Virus record (IMG/VR): IMGVR_UViG_3300029319_000004
Coordinates: 32,001-96,000 of that record
Reading direction: 5' to 3' (one strand)
Length of the DNA stretch: 64,000 nucleotides
Origin: a virus
Shown here: positions 7,296-18,400 of the stretch, in pieces
Layout: each line of letters starts with the position of its first letter
Numbering within the stretch: the first letter of the stretch is position 1
Position numbers and translations under genes: made by a program
Notes under the pieces: generated by a model
What the model was told of the DNA's origin: nothing
The model's input: only the letters and a program-made list of their open reading frames with translations
The model's database searches: none

Positions 7296-8544
7296 AAAGA
7301 AAGTTTTACTAAGATCGCCGCTCTTAACTCAATCCGGCTATGGAGAGCACGGAAGATTTGTTTTAAGATCTCTTCGAACAAGAGAAGATTTTTTTGATAT
7401 TTATCTTCATGCAACTGACTGGGGCAAGACTAGTTGGCGATGGGAAGATAGCGAAGAAAGAAATTTTATTGATGAGACTCTTCAAAAAACCATGAAATAC
7501 TCTCATGAACACGAAGGTAAGCCAGAATTCGATGCAACTATCCAAGTTACTATTCCAAATGAATGGGAGCCTGTTGCACCGATTAATATCGGAGTTACTG
7601 CCGGAATTGAAACTACAAAGCCTGCGCCTGTTTGGATTGAGCGTGGTAATTTCATGAACAGAATAATCACTGTCTCAGAACATTCGAAACAAGTTCATGA
7701 AAATGCCTCATATGAGGGAGCTAATCGTTTAACAGGCGAAGCAATGGTTTTAAAAAATACAACTGATATTGATGTTGTACACTATCCAGTAAAAACCAGA
7801 GATATTGATCCTGTTAATTTAGAACTTACAACAGATTTTAATTTTCTATCTGTTCAAATGATGGCGCCTAGAAAAAATACTGAACAATTGCTTCATGCTT
7901 TTTATCAACAATTTAAAGATGAAGATAATGTTGGTTTTATATTAAAGACTAACATTATGAAAAATTCTATTATTGATCGTCGTGCAACACTTAACAATCT
8001 TAAATCAATTTCAAAAGCTTATCCTGGTGCAAAATGTAAATTATATTTAGTTCATGGATTTATGACAGATAAGGAATTGAACGCCTTATATACTCATCCA
8101 AAAGTTAAAGCGTATATTACGTCAACGCATGGTGAGGGGTTTGGTTTGCCTCTTTTTGAAGCTGCATATAACGCTTTGCCTGTTATCGCTCCTAATTGGA
8201 GCGGTCATGTTGATTTTCTTTACAAGCCTACCAAACAAAAAAAAGGCAAGGTAAAAAACAAAGCTATGTTTTCAAAAATTAGCTACACTCTTGGATCAGT
8301 TAAACAAAAAAAATGGGCAGAATGGCCAAGCGTTATTGAGCCTGATTCTATGTGGGCTTATCCTGAAATGGGTTCGATTAAGATGTGTATGGATGAAGTA
8401 TACAAAGACCATGGTCGTTTTAAAAAACAAGCAAAAACACTTCAGTCATGGATTCTTGATGAATTTACTGAAGAAAAACAATATAATAAAATGATTGAAA
8501 GTATTATGAAATGTTTTGATCAAGAAGGAGAAAACAATGAATGA
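7288..8544 (+). CDS. GT4-family (GT-B) glycosyltransferase
   Basis: TQSGYGEHGR, PRKNTEQL and STHGEGFGLPLFEAAYNALPVI. Confidence 0.88.
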   Translation: MTKKKVLLRSPLLTQSGYGEHGRFVLRSLRTREDFFDIYLHATDWGKTSWRWEDSEERNFIDETLQKTMKYSHEHEGKPEFDATIQVTIPNEWEPVAPINIGVTAGIETTKPAPVWIERGNFMNRIITVSEHSKQVHENASYEGANRLTGEAMVLKNTTDIDVVHYPVKTRDIDPVNLELTTDFNFLSVQMMAPRKNTEQLLHAFYQQFKDEDNVGFILKTNIMKNSIIDRRATLNNLKSISKAYPGAKCKLYLVHGFMTDKELNALYTHPKVKAYITSTHGEGFGLPLFEAAYNALPVIAPNWSGHVDFLYKPTKQKKGKVKNKAMFSKISYTLGSVKQKKWAEWPSVIEPDSMWAYPEMGSIKMCMDEVYKDHGRFKKQAKTLQSWILDEFTEEKQYNKMIESIMKCFDQEGENNE

Positions 8545-8749
8545 AGTTAAAAGAGAGTTTAAGCTTTCAAATGAAGCTTTGGGAAGTTTAATGATGGCCC
8601 TTCAAAAATCTTTATTAGAACAAAGTGATATTGTTCCAGTGCTTCAAGGATTTAAATTTAGAGCAAGTGAAAATTTTGAGCTTTTTATTATGAATCCTCC
8701 AATTGTTAAGTTTGAAGATGAGGATTCTTATACAGAGAGCGAAGATTAA
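8537..8749 (+). CDS. hypothetical protein
   Basis: AGGAG RBS before MNEVKREF (8537). Confidence 0.7.
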   Translation: MNEVKREFKLSNEALGSLMMALQKSLLEQSDIVPVLQGFKFRASENFELFIMNPPIVKFEDEDSYTESED

Positions 8750-8750
8750 A

Positions 8751-8921
8751 ATGATTGATCTAAATAAGCAAGAGATTTGTGTATTGTCGAATTACTTAAA
8801 AAGAAATCTTCGTTATTTTTTTGAAAATAATTCTGAAAGACAATTTTGGAATGATGCTTATAACATTGATGAGCTAGAAACAATTCTAAAAAAATTAGAA
8901 AATGCCAAAGTACACATATAA
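8751..8921 (+). CDS. small hypothetical protein
   Basis: Start MIDLNKQ directly after the previous stop. Confidence 0.55.
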   Translation: MIDLNKQEICVLSNYLKRNLRYFFENNSERQFWNDAYNIDELETILKKLENAKVHI

Positions 8922-9159
8922 ATGCACTAATTGTCAAGAAGTTATAGCTAGATACCACAGTTTTTCTGAGCGCTTAGTAGACTGTCCAGTGTGCAGTACA
9001 GAAGATTGTTTAAAAAGATTACCTTCAAACTTTTTGACAGATAAGCAAGACGATAAGCCTATCGTAGTAGGAAATATTGTTAAAGAATTTATTAATGAAA
9101 CAAAAGAAGCGCTTGAAGAGCAAAAGGAAAATTTAAGAAGTGATTGGAACAACGAGTAG
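8902..9159 (+). CDS. FmdB-family zinc-ribbon protein
   Basis: MPKYTYKCTNC...DCPVC..EDCLKRL, the classic MPxYxYxCxxC...CPxC pattern. Confidence 0.85.
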   Translation: MPKYTYKCTNCQEVIARYHSFSERLVDCPVCSTEDCLKRLPSNFLTDKQDDKPIVVGNIVKEFINETKEALEEQKENLRSDWNNE

Positions 9160-9535
9160 AATATTAATATTTTTATCTGTTATCTTAAATGGAGTTTTGT
9201 TGTCATTTCTTTTTGGATTGGTGCCTTTCTTATTGTATGTAAGCGCAGTAATAAATCTAATTCTTTTGTGGTATGTAAAAAATGTTTTAAGTCAGACTGA
9301 AGCTGTACAAGATAATGTTTTAGAGATATTCGAAAAACTAGATGTATTTTCTGAGCACTTAGAGCAAGTTCATGCTATGGAGATGTTTTATGGCGAGCCT
9401 ATTCTTCAAGATCTCATAAATCATTCAAAACAACTAATAAATGATATTGTTGATATTCAGCAGCAGTATTACGATATTGATCAGGGATTGGAAGAGGAAT
9501 ATGACACAGAAGAAGACTCGCAGGAAAAAGAGTAA
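9140..9535 (+). CDS. membrane protein (two N-terminal hydrophobic segments, acidic tail)
   Basis: GTG start; ILIFLSVILNGVLLSFLFGLVPFLLYVSAVINLILLWYV followed by a helical/acidic C-terminus. Confidence 0.7.
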   Translation: MIGTTSRILIFLSVILNGVLLSFLFGLVPFLLYVSAVINLILLWYVKNVLSQTEAVQDNVLEIFEKLDVFSEHLEQVHAMEMFYGEPILQDLINHSKQLINDIVDIQQQYYDIDQGLEEEYDTEEDSQEKE

Positions 9536-10196
9536 AAATCAGTATTTTACGAAAGTTCATGAAGAGGCGATCATCAAATATGCCCTCACTGATAGTCGTG
9601 CTATAAGATCAGAACTGTATGTTACATTGATAGGTCCAGCTTTTGATGAGCTTGTTGACAAAATAGTGTTTACTTACAAGTTTACAAATTTACCAAACAT
9701 AGATTATCTTAAGGACGATTGCAAAATTTGGCTTATGACTATTTTGGATAAATATGACCCTAATAGAAAATCAAAAGCTTTTTCTTATTTTAGCGTGATC
9801 ACAAAAAATTGGTTTATTCATAAAGTAAAACAAAACTCTAAGCAGCTAAAAAGAGATGTTAACTTAGATGATGCTGATAAAGATATAGAAAACTCCCTTG
9901 TAACTTATAATGGTTATGAAAACAACAGAGAAAATTTTGAGTTCTGGTCTCATCTTTTTGGAGAAATAGAGCAGTGGGAAAAGCTAAAACTAAAAGACAA
10001 TGAAAAAAAAGTTTTAGACGCTATTAAGATTTTGTTCGATAGTATTGATGAGATAGAAATTTTCAATAAAAAAGCTATTTACTTGTACATGAGAGAGATA
10101 ACTGGTTTAAACACTAAGCAGATAGTTAGTAATTTGAACAGGATAAGAAAAAGATATAGGGCGTTTAAAAAAGAATGGGAAAAGGGAAACATATAA
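9501..10196 (+). CDS. phage RNA polymerase sigma factor (gp55-like region 2 plus C-terminal HTH-like segment)
   Basis: KYDPNRKSKAFSYFSVITKNWFI resembles sigma region 2.3-2.4 (FDPEK..AFSYF); GAGG RBS before MTQKK (9501). Confidence 0.75.
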   Translation: MTQKKTRRKKSKNQYFTKVHEEAIIKYALTDSRAIRSELYVTLIGPAFDELVDKIVFTYKFTNLPNIDYLKDDCKIWLMTILDKYDPNRKSKAFSYFSVITKNWFIHKVKQNSKQLKRDVNLDDADKDIENSLVTYNGYENNRENFEFWSHLFGEIEQWEKLKLKDNEKKVLDAIKILFDSIDEIEIFNKKAIYLYMREITGLNTKQIVSNLNRIRKRYRAFKKEWEKGNI

Positions 10197-10474
10197 CTTC
10201 TGAAGAGTTTGTTAACAAGGCTATAGAGAATATTGAAAATGACAGAGCTTTAGCCACCGACTTACTGATACACCTAACAAGCTATATGAAGGCTTCCGAA
10301 GAACGACACTCTAGTTGTGGAGTTGTCGCTGCTAAATACCTTGAAACTTTACAAAGATCAAACGAACAACTAGTTAAGCTAGCTTCTTTACTCAACAGGA
10401 AAGAAACATCGCCTAAAGCTGGGTTGTCGACAATGGAAAAATCAGATATCTACGACTTAATAAATAAGGAGTAG
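10175..10474 (+). CDS. hypothetical helical protein
   Basis: 99-aa ORF overlapping the sigma gene end. Confidence 0.7.
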   Translation: MGKGKHITSEEFVNKAIENIENDRALATDLLIHLTSYMKASEERHSSCGVVAAKYLETLQRSNEQLVKLASLLNRKETSPKAGLSTMEKSDIYDLINKE

Positions 10475-10476
10475 TA

Positions 10477-13400
10477 ATGACTGAAAAAAAAATTACAACA
10501 ATATCTGATCCATGGGCGTCGTGGAAAGCGTATGATGATTCTGAGCTTTGTCCAGAATCATCCACAATTGATGAGTATATTGGAGATGACGTAAGTCTGT
10601 ATGAGCAGCTGCAGCAGTTAAATAGCGATAAATACACCTCCAATAATACTAGTTCCGGTAGGTCCACCAGCTATTCTCAGGGTGTTGTTATCTCTGTTCT
10701 TTCTGGTAAGCATGCTAACAACGATGCTTCAACGCTTGGAAGAGAAACAGGCGCATTAAACGTTCGTGGTACTCGTCCTGTGCACGAAGAGGTTTCTGTG
10801 TTAGAGGGCAAAGCTCCAGCCCTCAGGGTTAAAGTTAAGTTGTTTTGTGAGCATCAGCATTTACCATGGCCGGAAGATGATAAAGATATAAAAACTATAG
10901 ATCAATACCCAGAAGCTGTTGCATTTGATGCCAGCATTGACGAAAAAGCTGTGGTAGCACCAGGCAGTGCAATATGGGTAGCATTATACAATTCAGATGA
11001 TGTTCACAGTGGGATTATAGGTGTGATAGTCAATGCGCTTGATGCGAACAAACCATCGGTTTCTACCGTAGACATTTCACCAAAAGACGGATTTAAACCA
11101 AAGTGTACCTCACCATTAAACATTTCTGATGGTGGACAGAACTATGTTGCAGATACAGTTTCTATTTTAGACAATGGACCATTAGTTCGTAGAGTTAAGA
11201 AAAAAATTCCTCTGGGAGTTTTTGGAAATGGAACAGCCCAAACTAAATCTCATTTTGTTGCTAGTCTTTTAAACTCTGATCCATCAACAGTTCAAAATTT
11301 AGAGGGACCAGCAGATTCTTTTAAAAATGCTTTTATATGGGTTGGCCATCTTAAGAACAATGGATATTTAGACCATGTAGATAGGCCATCAACAATAGGC
11401 AGAGAAACTATCATTTATGCACCAAAGTATTTTACTACTGCCCATCCGTATGAAATTATATATTATTTACATGATAGATCAGGATTTGGATTTTGCTGGG
11501 TTGACGGTCCAAAAACTACAGTTGAGCAAGCTATAGCAAATGCCTCACTAGAAGGAAATGACTTCTCACAGATCATAGGTCCAGCTATAAAAAACCTTAG
11601 TTTACTAGGTAGAAATTTTATATTGGTTATACCCGAAATGATGCACTCTAGAGGTTACGGAACACCAATTGCAGATGCGTCAAGGATACAAAAATATACT
11701 CTTGGACAGGATGTTGGAAAAGGAAGTGTTGCACAATTTGATTTAGTGCAAAGAGTAAACCCAGAAGTTAGTGGTAACGAGGCAGCTCTAGCATCTTTAC
11801 GCGCTAATTTACAACAAAAATCTTATAATCAAGGTGGAAAAACTCTTGCGTCAATAAATCGATTTGTAGAAAGACAATATTCTACTTTTGATAATTCTTA
11901 TACTGGAGGTAACTTTTTTAATTTTGATGCAGAGGTGCAAAGCACAATTCAAGCTTACTTAGGAAATGATTTAGGAACTCCAAATATAACAATTGTAGCT
12001 GACGGACTATCTTCTGTAACTTTAGCAGCAATGTCAATTGCGCCTGAAAATGGTCTACCAGGTTTAAGCAGTGTTGCGAATCTAAAAAGAATTAATTATA
12101 TTACTGCTGAGGAAGATTTTGGATTATATTCTCCTACTTTTAGTAGTTTTCCATCTATTGCATTATTTGAAAATTTAGTTTCTGGCATATCTGATATGGA
12201 ATTTAATTACGTTACAAAATATTCTGCCACTCTAAAGAATAATTTATTTTTTAGTCATGTAAATTTAGATGGACACTTTAGAACAATGTTTAAGCCTGGA
12301 TCAAATGGTCGAATATTTTCTAAGCCGGCTTCTGTTGGCGGTGGAACAGCAGATACAGGAATTTGTTTGCATCTGTCGTCAAACAAAAGTTTGTATGGGC
12401 TTACAATCCACAATGAATCAACAATTAATACAGAATTATTAAGAATGCAGAAGCCTAGTTTAAGTAAGGTTTTACAATCAGAAATTCCAAATCACGCTGC
12501 ACAACTAAGCACAAAGCCCTCTGTAGCCGCGATGCTTGAAGCAGAGTCAAAAATTAACAGCTTGAATGGAAAAAATGAATTTTTTAACGGTTTTTTGTTT
12601 GATTTTGTCAATAGTTCATCCGGAGGCCTTACGGCTTCTAGTCAAGTGTGTCTTAACCCAGATTGGAAAATATTTTGTCGTGCAGAGGACCCAACAACAC
12701 CTGACGAAGCAAAGTTTGTAAACATGGAGGAGGGAAGCAGACTTCAAACAATGTACAGTGATTGGTACGAAAATTACAAAGAAATTGTAAAACAAGAAAT
12801 GATACAAGAAGCACTTGTAGAAGTTGCGCACATAAACAGAAATCTTAATCTTTTAGATCAATCTTTTGTAGATGTTGGAAAAATGATAGAAGATTTTAAA
12901 AAGTCACAAAAAAATTATGATGCCTTAGCAGATTATTATTCAACATTTAGATTTTCAGATTGGGATCCATCTGTGGACGCTACAAACACTAATGCAGAGT
13001 CAATTTTAAGATCTGACATAAGAAATTTTCATATGGTAGAGGTGCTTGAGTTAAAAAGAAAAAAACTACAGGAAATTTACGATCAATACACTTCTGCTCA
13101 AATATCTTCTTTCTCTGACCCTGATTGTGCAACTCCTGCAACTTCGCTTGGGTTGTTGAAAAATAACAATATTTCTGGATCTCAAACATCAAATGCCTTT
13201 ATTGAGTGCGGTAGGCTAAGATTGTCAAATCCTGCTCCATCCTCTTACGCAGAATTGTCTAATTATATACCCTTTTATCCAACAAAACAAGATTTTGTTG
13301 ATCTTAAAAAAAATGATATTCAACAAGTTGAGGGCTATAAACTACTAGGTTTTAAGTATTTAACAAGGAAAGCTAACAGCAAGATAAGTTACCTAAACTC

Positions 13401-14166
13401 AGCTCAAACAGGCACAAAAGTGTGGCAGTGTATTGTTCCTATAATTGAAAAAAGTTGGGAAAATGCATGTGTTATATCAAAATATATTCCTTTTAGAGCT
13501 GCTTTTGGTTTTAGAGCAGATCCAACACCAAATTTAAAAGATAGCTTATCTTTACATAATTTAGGACTTGCTATCGATGTTGATCCTGCCCTTAGTCCAT
13601 CAGGGAATGATAAGACATCTGGTATTTTTACTAACTCTTGGAAGCTTGGAATCGGAGGAAATTATGAAATTGACCAGCTTGGAATATTTTCAGAAAGGTT
13701 TTTTGATTTGAAAAATAATGTTTATAAATCTTCTATTTTTACCGGAGAGACATTAATTACTACTGATGATTGGGATAGTGCTTATGGTGCTCATCGCGAT
13801 AAAAGTATTGGTGATTATTTAACTGGAATGCATAAAGGAAATGTTGTTTGCCCACTAGAATCAAATCCTCTTCTGTGGGTATTAGTTTTTTGCGAAACAT
13901 CCGGAATGAAATGGTGTAATTCAACTTTTATGAGAAAAAGATATCGAGGGGGGCAGAGATGGTCTCCACTAGAATTAAAAAAAATTGATAGAATTTTTGG
14001 TATCAATAATGTTGTTAGAAGAGTTGAAGCTATATCACACCGATCAACAAAAGGAGAAGCTCTAAACAACCACATGCAATTTCAATGGTGGAGCAATCGT
14101 TCCACAATAAAATTTGACGAAATAAGACAAGCAGAAGAGATAAATGGAGTTCAGGGTAAGCCCTAA
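10477..14166 (+). CDS. gp5-like baseplate hub protein with degenerate alpha/beta-hydrolase-like region and C-terminal M15 (LAS) peptidase
   Basis: N-terminal GVVISV...RVKVKL...HLPWP...YP..PGSAIWV (OB-fold-like); central ETIIYAP/IIYYLHD/ILVIPEM; C-terminal GFR...SLHNLGLAIDVD...NHMQF; located at the head of the baseplate cluster. Confidence 0.6.
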   Translation: MTEKKITTISDPWASWKAYDDSELCPESSTIDEYIGDDVSLYEQLQQLNSDKYTSNNTSSGRSTSYSQGVVISVLSGKHANNDASTLGRETGALNVRGTRPVHEEVSVLEGKAPALRVKVKLFCEHQHLPWPEDDKDIKTIDQYPEAVAFDASIDEKAVVAPGSAIWVALYNSDDVHSGIIGVIVNALDANKPSVSTVDISPKDGFKPKCTSPLNISDGGQNYVADTVSILDNGPLVRRVKKKIPLGVFGNGTAQTKSHFVASLLNSDPSTVQNLEGPADSFKNAFIWVGHLKNNGYLDHVDRPSTIGRETIIYAPKYFTTAHPYEIIYYLHDRSGFGFCWVDGPKTTVEQAIANASLEGNDFSQIIGPAIKNLSLLGRNFILVIPEMMHSRGYGTPIADASRIQKYTLGQDVGKGSVAQFDLVQRVNPEVSGNEAALASLRANLQQKSYNQGGKTLASINRFVERQYSTFDNSYTGGNFFNFDAEVQSTIQAYLGNDLGTPNITIVADGLSSVTLAAMSIAPENGLPGLSSVANLKRINYITAEEDFGLYSPTFSSFPSIALFENLVSGISDMEFNYVTKYSATLKNNLFFSHVNLDGHFRTMFKPGSNGRIFSKPASVGGGTADTGICLHLSSNKSLYGLTIHNESTINTELLRMQKPSLSKVLQSEIPNHAAQLSTKPSVAAMLEAESKINSLNGKNEFFNGFLFDFVNSSSGGLTASSQVCLNPDWKIFCRAEDPTTPDEAKFVNMEEGSRLQTMYSDWYENYKEIVKQEMIQEALVEVAHINRNLNLLDQSFVDVGKMIEDFKKSQKNYDALADYYSTFRFSDWDPSVDATNTNAESILRSDIRNFHMVEVLELKRKKLQEIYDQYTSAQISSFSDPDCATPATSLGLLKNNNISGSQTSNAFIECGRLRLSNPAPSSYAELSNYIPFYPTKQDFVDLKKNDIQQVEGYKLLGFKYLTRKANSKISYLNSAQTGTKVWQCIVPIIEKSWENACVISKYIPFRAAFGFRADPTPNLKDSLSLHNLGLAIDVDPALSPSGNDKTSGIFTNSWKLGIGGNYEIDQLGIFSERFFDLKNNVYKSSIFTGETLITTDDWDSAYGAHRDKSIGDYLTGMHKGNVVCPLESNPLLWVLVFCETSGMKWCNSTFMRKRYRGGQRWSPLELKKIDRIFGINNVVRRVEAISHRSTKGEALNNHMQFQWWSNRSTIKFDEIRQAEEINGVQGKP

Positions 14167-14182
14167 CGCAGAGGTTACATAA

Positions 14183-15481
14183 GTGTCATTAGATATTAAA
14201 ACAAGAGAATATAGTACATCTGTTAATGGTGATCTAAAAAAAGTTCATAGCGTGTCTGTCGTTGGCCCAGCAGGCCCAATCAAAACACTACAAACACAAG
14301 ATGTCAAAGAAGCTAATGATTTTGTATTAAAATCTCTGGATGAATATCCTAATGCAACAATAAATGGGGAAAATACAGATGAGTCTCCTTTTACTTCTGA
14401 TGCGCCTGCGTTTAAGCCCTCCAAGAAAATAAATGAAGATCCTCCAGGGCTGGCAAGTAGTGGCACAGCAATCAGTAACAAAGCTCCTACCCCTAATCTC
14501 AATAATCTTTCTAGTCGCTTGCCGCAAATAAGAAAATCTTCAAAGAAAAAAGCAGTTGATTTAAGTGGTTTGTCTGTTGAAAAACAAAGAATTTATAAAC
14601 AAAGTTCTAAACAAGAGCGCATAGATCGTGGTCTTATTGGTCCTTTTTGCGGAGAAACTATGGAGGCTGTGCCTAATAGGATAACAACAAAAGGAGAAAA
14701 AATTATTGGTAAATCACCAACTAGTCCAGCTTTTATTGTTTGTGGTCGTGATCGTCCAAGATCCACAGCTAGTGGATATGGCGGTAAAGGCCACACTCAA
14801 TCTAGTTGTATTGATTTGGTTGCTGGTCTGGGAGGCTATAAGCCAAAGCAAGTTGATTCTAGCGATAATCCAGTCTATACAGATCCAGATATGTTTATGG
14901 ACGCTGCAAGAGTTTACATATCTCAAAAAACAGATGTGGATGAAAATTTTGCAATCGGAAAAAAAGAAACATATTTTAGATCTAAAGCGAAATCTGCAAT
15001 TGCTGTGAAGGCAGATCATGTGAGAATTATTGGAAGAGAAAGTTTAAAATTAGTTACTTATACTGATAGAATGAATTCTCAAGGGGGAGAAATAAGATCT
15101 TGGTCTGGAATTGAATTAATGGCGAATAACGATGAAGACGGTCTTCAACCAATACCCCGTGGCGACAATCTAGCACTGGGATTAAGAAAACTTAGTGTTA
15201 ATGTGGAAAAATTAGCAAAAATTTTAAGTGGATTTATTGAATACCAAGGGGTATATAACGAACAGGTTGCTGAACATACACACGTTGCTCCTTTCTTTGC
15301 AAAGCCCACGCTTCCAGACCCTAACATTATTAAAGCCGGCTTGCAACAAAGCACTAATGCTTTTTCAAAAAGTCAAATGAGCATATTAAAAATTTTAACA
15401 AATTTAGCCGGCTTTAGACACAATTTTCTTGTTGAGAGCGGCAAGAGTTATATTAATAGTAGATACAACAAGGTTAATTAA
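14183..15481 (+). CDS. putative baseplate spike/puncturing protein (gp5 C-terminal/gpV-like)
   Basis: GTG start with GAGG RBS; short beta-strand repeats (ARVYISQKTD, AIAVKADHVRIIGRESLKLVT) and a late HTH-type His motif (EHTHV) typical of spike tips; position between hub and wedge genes. Confidence 0.5.
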   Translation: MSLDIKTREYSTSVNGDLKKVHSVSVVGPAGPIKTLQTQDVKEANDFVLKSLDEYPNATINGENTDESPFTSDAPAFKPSKKINEDPPGLASSGTAISNKAPTPNLNNLSSRLPQIRKSSKKKAVDLSGLSVEKQRIYKQSSKQERIDRGLIGPFCGETMEAVPNRITTKGEKIIGKSPTSPAFIVCGRDRPRSTASGYGGKGHTQSSCIDLVAGLGGYKPKQVDSSDNPVYTDPDMFMDAARVYISQKTDVDENFAIGKKETYFRSKAKSAIAVKADHVRIIGRESLKLVTYTDRMNSQGGEIRSWSGIELMANNDEDGLQPIPRGDNLALGLRKLSVNVEKLAKILSGFIEYQGVYNEQVAEHTHVAPFFAKPTLPDPNIIKAGLQQSTNAFSKSQMSILKILTNLAGFRHNFLVESGKSYINSRYNKVN

Positions 15482-15486
15482 AATAC

Positions 15487-18400
15487 ATGTCTTTAACTGC
15501 AGCAAAACAAAATGAAGCAAAGTCATCGTTACTGGATATAAAAAAAATATTAGGACTTTTAATTCAGTCTGATTCTGAAATAGAAAAATTATCTGCGCTA
15601 ACAAGCATTGGAGTAGATTTTGATAGTTCAGGATATAATACCATCAAAGAAGATACTGATTCTCCTGATTCTACTTTCGAAAATGTAGCCTCCTCTCTGC
15701 TTTCTTTAATGACAGAGTCATCAAATCTTTTAGCAGCGCTTAACGATGTTAATCTAGAAGAGAAAGAAAGTTTAAGTCTTTTTACGGAAGGTGCATCAAC
15801 TTTAGCTGATATCATAGACAATATTGATCCAAAAGTATATCAAGATCCTAAATTATGGTTTAAGGGGTTTCCAACTGATTGGATTGGCAATGTGCAGCCA
15901 TCTTCATATGAAAGCCTAGTTAAGCAATTTTGCAGAAGGATGCAGTATGATGTCGAAGACGCTGGAGGTGTATCTAATTTTGATCCTAAGACTTTCTTAT
16001 TTCAAGCTTTATCTAATTCTTTAAAAAAATACTCATCTCTATTTGGAAAAAGTTATTTTAACAGAAGACCAATAGAAGCGCCTCCTGGCCCAATTGATAT
16101 CGCTCAAATGATGCCAGTTGATGAAAATTTAGAAACAAAATTTCTTCCAAAAAACATCAATGCGACTCACTATATTGGCGCCCTAGAGCCTGCAGTTAGT
16201 TCAGCAGGCGCAAGAGAAGAAGATTATTTACCTGTTAGATTGGCGCCAGGTGCGTATCCAACACCCTTAGCTAGTGGCTGGGATGATGAGGGATATAAAC
16301 TATTAAATAAACAAGGAAAATTAGTCAATCAGTCTCACCCTCGTGAAAATGGAATAGTTATTCCTATAGGAACACAAGTTTTTGTAACTGAAGTTGTTCT
16401 TGGTCTTTCTGGCGTGTGGGTAGGATTTATTCCTTTAGATTTAAGCGGTCAGCAAAAGTCTGCTTATGAAGCTGCAACTAAAAAAAATCAAAACATACTC
16501 TACACTCATGTAGATTATCTTAGAAGGTTTGCATCTTCAGATCCTATGGCAGTGTTATCTCAAACACTAATTCCTTATGATGGTCAAGATCCTAGAGCTA
16601 GTACCATGCAAGGTGCTTCTCTTATAAAACCTGATTCAAATCTAAACTGGACAACTTTGGGCTATGGCGATGTTCACTTAGCCTATTATAACTTTTTAGA
16701 ACACAATAATAAATATCCAATTTATTTAGACGCAGATGATAATCCATCTGTTAGCGAACCTGATAATCTTGAAGCTATAGGTGCAATGTTTTCTAGGCCT
16801 CGTGGAAAATTTTCGGAAGGTTATTATTATTTTGCAACTCTTGATACAACTCGTCCAACAGTTGGAGAACTTTTAGAAAGCATTTCTCCTGGGCCTGGTG
16901 TAGAAAATTCAAACGAAATGAGAGAGGCGAAAGAAGAAGCAGCAACTAATGCAATTAGTGAATTAACGCCTCAGGCAATAAAAATTATTTTAGAATATGC
17001 TGGAAAACAAATTCCAGACGACCTTCTCAGTTTTGAATCATACTATATTGCTCCTGTAGCTCAAAACTTATCAACGCGTGGTGGAGAAAACAATGCAAGA
17101 ATTCTTTTTGCGATGCCAGCACAAGTAGTCGACGCGCTTCCGAATTCGAAAAACATATATTATGATGATTTTAATTCTGATCTAAAAGACACTTTTAACG
17201 GTAAAGATTACACATTTACAATAAAAATATCTGATATTCCAAAAATATCTGAAAAACTAGTTCAGTTTTTAGAAAATATTAAATCAAAATTAGATACGTT
17301 TACTCAAGAGGGTGGGGCTATAAAAAATCCTAATGGAATTGATTATAATATCGAATCTCAAATAACAAGGATTGAAGAGTTCCCCATAATATTAAATGAT
17401 TTTTTGCAAAGGCAAAGCACAGCTGGAGAAAGAGATGTTTTGTCTGAGCATCTTTCTTTAGGGACAAACATTGAGGGAGAAGCATTAATACAGTTTGGAA
17501 TAAGAGACAATGGACAAGTTGGAGGGCAAGTAAGACAGACAGTATCTTTTGTTCTTTATAGTCCAGATCCAGATAGACTAGTACAGTCGAACAGGAAAGA
17601 GTTTGTTACCTTAGATCCTTATTTAATTGATGAAGAAAAAAATGGTTTAGCAGTGCCAACTAGGACTGGAGTTGTACTAACGAAGGCGCTACCTTGGTTG
17701 AGAGATAAATTTCTTGATGCTGAAGGTGCAAGGACTCTTCACTATTTCATGTCTCATAGAAACTTAATTGAGTTTGATTCTGAAACAGGCGCAGACTTGA
17801 GACTAAATGAGTGGGTTAAGTTTTTGCAGGCATATACTGTTCCTCCGTTATTAATAAAGTTATCAAAGGAAAAATCTACATCACCAGAGCAAATAGACTG
17901 TAAAAAGCTAGTTGATGATTTATTGAATTCTCCCAGCGTTGTTGGGCCAAAAGATAAAAAGTTAAGAGAGCTTGTAGAAAAAAGATGCGGTAAAGAGTAT
18001 CTTGAAGCGGTTCTGCAAGATACAGATGCTAGTGATTCTGAATCATCAGAAAAAGCCTTAGAATTTAAACAAAAAGCCTCTCAAAACCCTGGCTCCTTTG
18101 GCAATTCTAAAGCAGCTGCTCATTTAACTTTATTATATAGACAGTTTCTTCATAAGCTTGACCCACAGGGTTTAATTGCTTTATTGATGGCATGTCTGCA
18201 GGAACAATTAGGTATTCCGCTAACAGCAGAAGCGCTTTGTGAGGTTGCAATAGAAAAACTTATTGAAGCAGCTGGGGTTGAAGAAATTAAAAAAACAATT
18301 GTAAAAGCAGTGCCTGAACTTGCTTTGTTTTTTCCCGAGCTTCGTGTCGCTGAAAGGCTTGGCGACATTAGTGTAATGAACCCTGATCCCTATGATTATG

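Noticed and set aside
10459-10466. T4-type AATAAATA late promoter before 10477 (also at 55448)
   Set aside because: Both overlap stop-codon/AT-rich junction sequence, and only two loose copies were found; the CTAwTTA motif explains more sites.
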